Positions 26,701 to 38,700 of a stretch of 64,000 nt of DNA are shown here, piece after piece. How positions within the stretch are numbered: position 1 is the stretch's first letter; each line of letters begins with the position of its first letter. The stretch is from the NCBI GenBank assembly GCA_964035545.1, contig OZ037768.1:23283319-23347318 (forward strand), in the 5' to 3' direction. Source of the DNA: Bugula neritina (lineage: Eukaryota; Animalia; Bryozoa). The notes below the pieces were generated by a model. It was not told the DNA's origin. It saw only the letters and a program-made list of their open reading frames with translations, and did no database searches. Position numbers and translations under genes: made by a program.

Positions 26701-29700
26701 GGAAGTACACAAACCTGTTGACTTTATCTGTAACGGTTGGAAAATCTAACTTTAAGGAGTTATCTCTCATTTCCGACCCCGATGGGCACACAACTCACAC
26801 ATCTATTCGATATAACCATGTTCACCAAAATTTTTATCAATGAGAGAATCTGAAAGCACCATTTTTGAACTTATAGAATATTTTAAGCAATGGAAACCTT
26901 TTGTTATAGATACGTTATGACGCTGTGCCTCGACAATACCAGAGCTGTGAGGAACTTCCACTTTGATAAAGCTGCATCCAGTGTCCTCCCATCTTGTGTA
27001 AATATTAAGGGTTGCCTACACTTGATGTGTTTTGAGAAACGACTTGCTGAAAAGTTGGATACTAACGTTCTTTTCATTTAAATAAGTGTTTCTCTATTAT
27101 TTTGACCAGTTTGGTCATTACAAGTGCTGATATTATTATGTATGTCATTATTGCGGTGTAAACACTTAATACTCATTGACAGCTGTGTCTAATCGGCGAA
27201 GGCTCGCTATTCCTTGGGTCACGACTCGGCAATTCTCTGCTTTTAAAATACCAGACCACTGATTCTAGTGAGACTGCAGCTCAGACTACGCAGGTTAGTT
27301 TACTACTCAGACTATGCAGGTTAGTTTACTACTCAGACTACGCAGGTTAGTTTACTGCTCAGACTACGCAGGTTAGTTTACTACTCAGACTACGCAGGTT
27401 AGTTTACTACTCAGACTAAGCAGGTTAGTTTATCACTCAGACTACGCAGGTTAGTTCACTACTCAGACTACGCAGGCTAGTTTACCACTCAGTCTACGCA
27501 GGTTAGTTTACCACTCAGTCTACGCAGGTTAGTTTACTACTAGGCAGGTTACAACTAAATTAATTCGAACTAACGTAATAATTTGGACTATATGCTTGTA
27601 ACATTTTATTTTAAATTTTAATCACTGTGAATATTTTTAGGACGTTGAAGGAAAGAAGGAGCAACAGCTCCTCAGTGATCAGCACCAGGACTGGTTAGGT
27701 AAGTACCATGGTTACTTACATATAACTTACAATACACGTGGGTACATGTGAATGCGAGGGGTTCACCTGTCAGGCTGCCAATCCATTGTCGGATAGAGTT
27801 ACTATATACATGGGAAATATTATTGAAAGACCTTCACAAAGCCTTTCACTATTTTCATAGTAAACTAGCTATTTCCTGTTTCAACAGCCATATCCTGTCT
27901 AGCGATTAGCTGGTTAGCAACTAGTTGACTGGCAGCCGGGGTGATGCAATCCTGCTGCTGTGATGTAACAAACACCCTTTCATACTTCAGTTGAATAAAA
28001 ACTTGATATAATAGTTGTGAGTCAAGTCAGTCATATGCAAGAAAGTCTATGCAGATATAAACAGCTGTTGATTCAAGATTTTTAGTAAAAATTGCGTAAA
28101 TATTAAGAACAGAAACAATTAATGCAAGTAAGATGTAATATTGTTTACATAATTTTTGTCACACAGCTGTGAGAAGTTTATATGTTTTATTATTTAGAAT
28201 TGTATAATGATGAAATTCAACTTATTCTTGGCATCAGCTAACAGTTAGTGTTGACAAGTAGCAATAGGTGCTTCAAGTACTCATACATGCACTGGTGTAT
28301 TTGATTTTCTCTGGAATAGTAGTTGTCATCTCCTACTTCAAGTATTGCATCACAGTTGTAATAGCTGTGTTTTTCTTGTTTATTTTATGTTGAAGTAACT
28401 GTAATAATGTTACATGTATGCCATAAAGTACATGCTGCATGCTTGCCTGCAAATAGCGTTGAGTCATTTATCATTTGACCATTCAACTATATCAAATGCA
28501 ACCATTTATTCTCAGTCATTGTGAAGGTGCAGTAAATTAATATTGAATTAAAAAGAACAGAAAACTCCCCTAGTTTGGTTCTGTAAACGCAAACTAACCT
28601 CCCCTATTATAAAACCAACACACATTACTGTTTAGGTCAAAGGTGATGCATGCTTTACCCAGATGTGATTCTATACAATATAATAATTCAACAGTGGAGA
28701 CTCTACAAGTAAACCCGCACATTCATGTTGCTTATATTACAGCTATATGTTGAACTATACATTACACACAGGTTATATTCAATGCTGCAAAAATTTGCAT
28801 TATACAAAATAATACTAGTAAAATAATTACAAAGTGTTACTGTAAAAGTTAGAGGTTTGTTTTGCACTACTATTCTTTTTTTGGCAATTCCTGACATGAA
28901 CTACAAGACAATAGGTTGATTACAGATTACAGAGTGTATAACAAGCATTTCGTCGGCATAAAGAGCTTATTTTTTAAAATCAGATTCATTTCCTCTGCAT
29001 AATTCATCCCGGTTAACCGATCAATTTAGTATGACGTAACTGATCACATCGTCATCTGTCTGCCTTGTAGTTGTGCATTCTAAATATAACCCGCACTCAT
29101 TCCAAAAACTGGCAAAGGCAAATGCCTTACAAGTACTGTGTTTGAGGCATGACACTGCGCAGCTGTCTATTGATAAAGCCGCAGTTACTACTATTGGTTG
29201 TGCGTCACAAACGCCGGTTTTTCTGTTGAAGCGTTTAGCTCCCTCTGGCACTGCACTCTCGCTGTCTATAGCCACCACTCTGTTCTCAGAGGTAGCCACC
29301 ACCAGCCTCCTTGGTCCAACCATACTGATCACCTCGACAGTTTGCGTAAAACTTTCACACTGCGTATTGTTTTCGAAGTGTAAACACAATAGTGTTTGTG
29401 GTCCAGATTTCAGTATTTTGTCGTTGGCGTCTAAGTATAAATACATTCCAGCTATTTCCGCCACTTCTGTAGCTTCAGGCAAGTTTTGTATAGATTGAAC
29501 AGACAGGTTTCCAGACTGCAACCTTCTGATCTTGGAGAGGTGTCCCTGTGCCACGTCGTTTATTAAAACACCTTCGGTGTGGGCTGTCATGTAGAACTCA
29601 GCATGAGAGGGGAGAGAGAGGACGTTAGGTTTGGAAACTGTAACCCTGTATGTCATCCGAGTGTTCAGATCGCAGGCTACCAGTTCGTTATGGCCTAGTC

Positions 29701-32700
29701 GGAGTTTTACATACAGAACCGTGTTAGCTTTATGAAATACTAGTTTCCCTGGTCGGTAAATTTCACTGTCCTCAAAACTTCTGTTAACTTGAAGACTGCT
29801 GCTGTTGCATTTGCCAATGTAAACTGATGTGTCTAAGCTGGTGATGTTCATGTATTCCAGACAGTCTTTATCCTCGTCTACAAAAACTAACATATTTATC
29901 TGTGAAACAGTTGCCAACTCTATGGAATGAAAATTACTGTTTCGAGAAAACAGACTGTAATATTTGTTTTTCTTCAGATCCAGGCCGAATATATTCCACT
30001 TGGTAAGAACAAATAGTTGATCCTTTCTGTTGGGATATTCAGCGATATCCAGAATAGGGTTATTGTCTGGAGGTTTTGCCGTTACGTCATAGTACTGTCT
30101 TAGTTGCCCACTCCCTCCTACAAGATGTTACTGTGATCTCAACATGGACACTTCTACATACAGTCTTGTTAACAATTTCTACGCGTCTATAAACTGCACA
30201 TGAGATTTACGAGTGATAATTATCTGCTCATAACTTACTAATTAGCATTTTATTTGAAAAGTACTTGCTCATGAATTTCAAAAGTTAATTTTAATTTAAC
30301 TTTGGTATTTGAATAACTCTCATTACATGATTTATTTATCAACAAGTTTTGTGAAAAATAGTTCAAGCAAAGTTTTGTTCAAACTTTAATGAATACTGAT
30401 ATTATAATATATATAGTCAGGAGTAGCTGATGATATCTAGCAACCTAAAATGTGTGCATAATTTCAACTTCACTGTAAAAGTATTACTATGTCAATCACA
30501 AGCAAACAATTTGCACAAAATACATACCTTGAAGAAATAAGCTACACAAAAAAGTCTTGATGAATAAAGATAGCCTCATTTTGCTGCATTTCATCCTAGC
30601 TTTCAGTTTCATTCCCTTCAAATTGGTTGAGTTTGTCTCAGTGCAGTGTAATTTATGATTCAACAGATTATGGGAAGGAAGTCTGCTGTCGGGGTAAATG
30701 TCATAATCAATAAACCGAACAATGCAATGTCAGCTGACTTTGTGATTTTATTACACAATGTGGGTAGAGAGCTGCAAATTCCTGCAAACAAATGCAATGC
30801 CTGGCACTTTCCAATATCCTGTCAAATTTGAAAGCAAATATTGGTTTTTTGGTTTCAAGTTATATGCATGTAATTTTTAAGATTTTTATTTAAATAAAGT
30901 GACAAGGAGTATTGTTATTATGTAAAATGTGTGGAGATGAAATCGAATTGATTGCACCGAGTCTATTGAATTCCAAGGTTCTTTTGAGTAAATCAACCTC
31001 AAAAGTCAAGGGCTGGAGTTTCTTTATGCATATAATTATAGTCTCCTATATTTATACATTAGTAACAATGATATTATAAGCCTATGACTGCTACTTGATT
31101 TTAACATCCTTTAAAAACAAATCTAAAGTATCTCTCTACTTTTATTAACTTCTTTTTGATGTTTCACAAATGCAGGCTCTCAGCTAACAAACATTTTGCT
31201 AGTGAAACACACTAAAATTTTGTATAATTCACTCTAAATTTTTAGTTCATCCAATAAATAAAAATACCAACTCCAACTTCCTAAAATGTGCTGTATTCTG
31301 ATATAAATGTATAGTTTCTAGCACGCTGCCTAGAGGGCGCTACTGTTTCTTGTATTCACTGATCTGTTTGTAGCTAAGGATGCTGCCGTTCTAGAGAATG
31401 AACTGGAAGAGTTGGAGGTGTACGGCAGCTCAGAGTCAGCGGAGAGGAAAGATGAAATACCTCAGTATAACTTCCAGGTAGGCAGTGCTTTGTATGGCAT
31501 ATTTCGCATAAACCAGACGATATTTTACTCTAAAAACACAGCTTAGGGTTTTATTTATGAGTGGTATGTTGTTCATTACGTAGATTGAATTTATTAGCTA
31601 CTTTCCTGCCGTAGATTGTATACAGCTGCAATTTAGAGGACATTTTGAATAATTTGTTGATAAAATTCATTCTTTTTTTTCAAACTTATTTAAGTACTTA
31701 AGCAATTTCATTTTCGGGAGATTAGGTAGGGGAAGTTTAGAGTGTAGGTCTGAGAAAAGGGACTTTATATATGTCTCCTATTACATATATAATTATAATG
31801 CTCTCACTTTATGCTCATTAATGTGATTGAGCTCTCTAACCATGGCCATGTCAAGTTGTCTGGTTTTGTGCAAGGGTCTTAACCCTTTGAGTTACAGTAT
31901 CACGGGCTTTCCATGGATCGATCTGAGAAATGTACTCAGATCGATCGTTTTTCTATGAGAGTGTCAGATCGATCTTATGGAGTTGCCTCCTCCTAAGTGA
32001 AGAGTACTTTAATAGTATAATTTTCTCACCCATCTGGGTGATAAAAGCTACTGCTGTAGAAAAACAAAATTTCCATAGTCTAAAATTTAACGCCAGCTAT
32101 TAATCTGCGCAGTAAAGCTTTTAGTATGAAGTAATTTGGCTAATTTAAGATAATTAATTTTAATGTTTCAGCTTGACAGCTTATATAAAATTAATAGCTG
32201 TTGTGCAGATTATTCATAAACTTACGGGACTATTAGGCTTAAAATTACGCAGCAAACAACTAATGAAAGTGAGTTTTACTAGTAATTTAAATTCAATTTA
32301 AATGCTCCCACTTGTTCTATCTTCTACCGTCTATAAATTTACATAATTGAGTTTTCTTAATCATTTTGATGAAAGTCAAAGTTTTGCCACCTGAAATGGT
32401 AACTATCACAATTATTAAGTACTTTGCTTAACAATAATTTATCTTTTTTATTAGCAGACAACATTTTAGCGAGCAGTCATTTTTCTACTTCTCCGATTGA
32501 TCTTTCGTCTTTCCATTGCCTTGAGATCGATCTGAGTTCGAGCTCTACAGACCAACCAGCTCAGAACGACTGAGATCGATCTTTGACGTTTTTTCCATGG
32601 ATCAATCTCATCAAGATCGATCTGAGATCGGTCCATGGAAAGCCGGTGAAGCTGTCTGACTTTTAAATATGCATCAGTAGAAATATTAGTTTTCTGTATT

Positions 32701-35700
32701 GCGAAACAGTACGCAGGTTGAGTTGAAGTTTAATGTATAGTCTGTGGTAATGGTATTGCACTTGTTAGAAGTTTGATTTGTTTACATTACTCTTACACAG
32801 CATTGTGTAGCTAATTCAACTCCGACAATCTAATAGGAACTAATGTCTCCTAGTGAAGTTTAACTTATTGATTTTAGTAAATCAATGCAGCAGAGATATT
32901 ACTTAAAGTTCTGGAAGCTGCCGGGTTTATTGTGTGAATAATTAGCTGTTTTGAATGCAATCATTTTGTAATTTAGTGAGTTTTTATTAAAATATAAATT
33001 GTATTACTCCCATTTTACTTTTGTGGGCAATTTTTATTCATTGAGCAAAAAAGGTGACAAAACTGCATAAGTTTTAAATAGGAAAAATGGTTTTCACATG
33101 CTACACATTGTGTACAACATATTTTCTCTGTCATATGGGGTTATACAAGTATACTATCTGAATAGATTGAACTGTAAATTGTTTTATTCTGTAGCTGTTT
33201 GACAATTAATATTGATATATAATATCTATGCAGCCGTCATCGAATAGATAACTTCAAGTTGCATCTGGGACTATGTGAAACACTTAATATGAGAAGACAA
33301 CTATCATTTAGATTATAACAATGAGCTTATTCAGTGTATAAATTACAGTTTTGTAAAACTTGCAAGTTTTGCAAAGTTGTCATGTACAAATGTTGTACAC
33401 AGATTGAAATAAAATTTATTTTATAGTCTGGGAAATAATTTTGACATTTTCATGTTCTATTTTGTGCTGTTGTGTTTAGACTTTAGTTTAGGTTTACATT
33501 TCTTAGGTTTGTGACAGTCTGATGAATGTTGCTCCATGTGCCAGAATATCTCTTGGTGAACCTGCTTTTCTGTCCGAGGAGTTAGTCCCTCTCTGTCAGG
33601 TGAGTCAATACTCTGTCAGGTGAGTCAATACTCTCTCAGGTGAGTCAATACTCTGTCAGGTGAGTCAATACTCTGTCAGGTGAGTCAACACTCTGTCAGG
33701 TGAGTCAATACTCTGTCAGGTGAGTCAGTACTCTGTCAGGTGAGTCAATACTCTGTCAGGTGAGTCAATACTCTGTCAACTCTGATTCTCAATATTGCAG
33801 TTGGACTTAGACTTAGAACTTGTCACAACTTCCGGGTACGGGAAGAACGGCGCCCTCACTTTCCTACAGAGAACCATCCGTCCTCAGATAGTCACAACCT
33901 TCCAACTCCCCGACATCAGGAATGTGTGGACTGTGAAAGGACCCCTCAACTCTGAGACTGTAAGAGCTCTAAGGCTTTACCTGGGATACATTTACTCAAT
34001 GAAGTTCTGTGCTTTATAAATAATGAGAGGATTTTTTGATATATAAAAGTAGAATTATACAGCTAGGCTTTTTATTAGCTGTGGCTGCCTTTTGAAAAAC
34101 CAGGTTAGATGGTTTCAAGGTCAACTAAAGGTTAGGAGTCATAACCTTTGAATCTATGTTACTGTGTTGTATTTCCTGCTAACCCTGTAGGTTGATGAGA
34201 ATCAAGCCAACTGCCTGGACAAGGATATGGAATCGTATCTCATCTTGGGGAAGGACAACTCCACTATGGTATGTTGAGTTTGTTGTCATCACATCTAGTG
34301 TGAGACAGCTGTTAGCAGGTGGAATAACCAATGGAAACTCTGGGGCTGTGCTTTGTTCATTTTGAAACAAACAAAACAGTTTAAACATTTAAATTTAAGT
34401 TTGAGAAGAAATGTCCCATAGCTGATTGGTAAACAAACTTCAATCAAATTAATCTTGAACCACGAGTATAGACTGAGAAATCATTACTGGATTGAGGCAT
34501 AAGAATAATGGGCTAAGCAACCTATAGTCTTATGATTAAGTTACTTCAGGTACACAACTGAATTGTGGGAGGATTTTGGTTGAAAATAGCATATTATATG
34601 TCCAGGTAAGGGAGGAAGGAGGAAAGCTGGGAAAGAAGGAGAAATCGAACGCTTTTTCACTCATTTCTATTGGCTCAAAAGCAGTAAATATATGAAAAGC
34701 ATAAGCAGCTTTTTGGTTTAAATTCAAATCACTTTTAAACTGGGATATCAACTCATGAATATGCCGATACATAACATATTTTCTTTTTAATAAAAAACAT
34801 AATATATAACAAACTTTTAATATTGAATATCTATCCTATACCAGAGTTGTCTGCCCTCCCCACCATGCTATATGTTGTATGCGCAGGTTCTACAGACCAC
34901 AGATGACATAAGTGAGCTAGACCAGAGTGGATTCAACACAGAGACTCGTACTGTGTTTGCCGGGAATATCGGGGATAACTACACAGTGCAGGTCACTGCT
35001 AAGGGCATACGTCTGCTACTAGGAGGTGAGTCACTCCTGTCAGTTCTCTCGTGTCAGCCAATCAGCTTTCTGCTCGTTTATGTTTATTTATATCTGTGTT
35101 GATTCATTTTCTTTAAAAACTAGTATATCTTCAAGTGGTGATGAAAAGCACTACTCTTTACATAAATTATTTCACAGTTTTATGCAATGTGTAATTTTGG
35201 TTAATTTTCTAAAAGTTACCTAATTCCCACGTTGGCCTTGTTATCACCGCTGCTGTAAGTTGCCGTATGCTCACCGCTGCCATGTTATATGCTGACAGTG
35301 AAGCAGCTGCAGAACATCCCGGTAGACATGGGCTCCTCTCTCTCCACTGCCATAGTCTGTGACTTGTACCTGCTAGTAGTCAGCGAGTTGGGAGCCCTCA
35401 TGTTACTGCAGCTCAAGGTCACGGCAGACGACCTTGACCCCAGACTCACAGTCATCAGACAGCCGGCTGACCTGGTGAGTCGTGTGCCCCTGCCTTCTTC
35501 ATATAGCCATGTGGTCATAGTGATGTGAGACTAACAACCAGCATTCATTGCATTTTCATAAATCTACAGAAATTGTCTTTCCTTATAAAAGTTCACTGTA
35601 GTATTTTTACAGACGTAAGTATTTACCGTAGCTTGGCTATTTACTCACTGTATATTCTCAATGATACGTCTGCATCTAGTAGACATGTGATCACATGACT

Positions 35701-38700
35701 CTGGAATGTTTGAAAACTGGTTTCTCGTAAGTTGACTGGTTGTTTATGCTAATAATATTTAGCTTTTAGGTTAATCACTCTGTTTGCTGTTCTACAGGAC
35801 CTAATGCTATGTTATATAGAACTTAATATTATGTTATATAGAACTCAATACTATGTTATATATAACTTAATACTATGTTATATATAACTTAATACTATGT
35901 TATATAGAACTTAATACTATGTTATACAGAACTTAATACTGTGTTATATAGAACTCAATACTATGTTATATAGAACTTAATACTATGTTATATAGAACTT
36001 AATACTATGTTATATAGAACTTAATACTATGTTATATAGAACTCAATACTATGTTATATATAACTTAATACTATGTTATATATAACTTAATACTATGTTA
36101 TATAGAACTTAATACTATGTTATACAGAACTTAATACTGTGTTATATAGAACTCAATACTATGTTATATAGAACTTAATACTATGTTATATAGAACTTAA
36201 TACTATGTTATATAGAACTTAATACTATGTTATATAGAACTTAATACTATGTTATATAGAACTTAATACTATGTTATATAGAACTTAATACTATGTTATA
36301 TAGAACTTAATACTATGTTATATAGAACTTAATACTATGTTATATAGAACTTAATACTATGTTATATAGAACTTAATACTATGTTATATAGAACTTAATA
36401 CTATGTTATATAGAACTTAATACTATGTTATATAGAACTTAATACTATGTTATATAGAACTTAATACTATGTTATATAGAACTTAATACTATGTTATATA
36501 GAACTTAATACTATGTTATACAGAACCTAATACTATGTTATATAGAACTTAATACTGTGTTATATAGAACTCAATACTATGTTATACAGGAGCTAGAAGC
36601 AGTCACTGCTTGTCTACACAAAGATATTAGTGGACTCTTCACGTTTCCCTCTGAAGTATCGGAGGAGGCGACAGGTTCTACGGTCAGCGCTACTCCGTTG
36701 GCTGCCCGACGCGCGTCCCGACACAGCACCAGCATGACTGAAGACAGCCACATCAGTTTTACCAGGTGGGCTAGTTGGTTTACACCACTGTGTATTCTGT
36801 ACAGGAGTTGTGTTCTCAACAGTTAGCCTTTAATAAACGTGTTTCAGTATCGCAGCATATCTTATCCTCTCCCATGACTGCTCAATCATGATGGCGGAAA
36901 TATTAGCTGATCAAATTTGCTCCCCTTTTTCAAGTGGCCAAACGATTTCCCTTTTAGCTATTCCACTTGTCTGCTCATCTTATTTGTTGTGTCAGCTGTA
37001 ATAACTCAGTCAGTGTGAAGAACTTTGCTATTTTGGAAAGTTTCAACTTTACATTATTGTGAATTAAAGCAGAAATTTGTCTTCATTGGCCCTAGCAAAT
37101 TAAATGCAGGTGATTAAAGAATTTGGAGTTGTAATTCCAAATTTGGTTAAATTATGGCTCAGTTTGTTAGAGTTATCTCCTCTTGTACCCAATGAGCTCT
37201 GCACTCACTCAGTATAATGCATCATGTGAAGCACAGACAGATATGCTCAGTTTGATATCTTGCAGTCAGGAAGAGATTGATGAAGATGAACTCTTGTATG
37301 GTGACAGCGAGATTAACGTAACGTTACCAGACGACAGCAGTAATACGGCAGCTAAAGATGCTGCTGAGATGGACTCAGCGGATCTCGATACTGCCTGGTT
37401 AGTGCAAGTCTCAAGTTCTTGTAATTTGATACAAGTTTTAAGGACTTATAACTTGAACAGAGATGCCACAAAGTAATGAAGGGATATTCACCATTACGTG
37501 TATTACAGCTACATTAAGATTTGATATTATATAATATTATATATAATATATTCATATAGTGATTTATTTATGTTTATTATAATTAATACTCCTTCCTATT
37601 TTTATTGGTCCACTTGTATGATCTTACAGGTCTACATCTGAGACCACTCGCACTACACACGACCCGACCTACTGGGCATTCATCACAACTCAGGACCACA
37701 AGCTACAGGTTGGTGAATTCTCTACTCTGTGTCTGGACACTGTTGGCTAAAGTTGTGCCCACGGTGACCTATCTTATGTAGATTTCACTTTTTCAGACAC
37801 TGATGTAAACGTTAATAATGGCAGGTGTCTGTAAATGATATGAGAAAGGTTAAATGTAAGCCATATTCTAGGTATATTGGTTGACCAATAAAATAGTTAT
37901 ATACTGTTTTTAGTTGTAGAAACATCACATGTGATTATGGCTTTGTCTGCACTGCCCCTGACTCATCTGCTAGAACCATATAGGATGGTCCCAGCTTTAC
38001 CAAACATTTTCATGTATCTTATGTATTTTCAGATTTACTCAGTACCAGAGTTTACTCTGGCCTATGAGGTGAAAAACTTTAATGGCGGCCATGTTGTTCT
38101 GTCGAATTCCGAGGTTGAAGATGGCGGAAAAGAACTGTAAGTATTTAACTTCTGACTCTTAGTAGCTCGTAGGTCTGAGTTATTAGTTATCACCATTAGT
38201 AACTAATGGTAGTAGTTGATAGTATCACTATTAGTAACTGGTGGTTGCAATTATTAGTATTACTATTAGTAACTAGTGATAGTAGTTATTATTTATCATT
38301 ATATATAATATACTGATATTGAGTCTTCCTTCCCATACAGAGATGCCAAGAATTTACCAGCAGTAAAAGAGTTACTGATTACTTCTTTAGGACCAAAGAA
38401 ACACAAAACATACATGTTTGTGAGTTGATTATTTCATTTTATTAATTCTCTGTCTTTAAATTTGTGAATAATTATTTATTGTGAATTCTATATTTATATT
38501 ATTATATTGATATATTGTGACTTTCTGAGAATATTATAAATAGTACAGCAGTTTGGTGCGATGTGATTGGTCCGTCATGTAAGCGCTGTTTTACACCAGG
38601 CAATATCTACTGTTTAGTTTATTGAAATGACATATTTCTCAATCAACTGTCAGTTTACTCCTTACACTTTAATGATAAGTTATTACTTTACTAACTAGTG

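Noticed and set aside
26998-27182. CPSF1 intron with weak donor TGT|GTAAAT and a CACTTAAT element, as a possible U12 intron
   Set aside because: The donor lacks the GTATCC core, so U12 status cannot be supported from sequence.
27280-36589. Regularly spaced 20-30 bp direct repeats resembling CRISPR arrays
   Set aside because: Units are head-to-tail with no unique spacers, there are no cas genes, and the context is eukaryotic introns.
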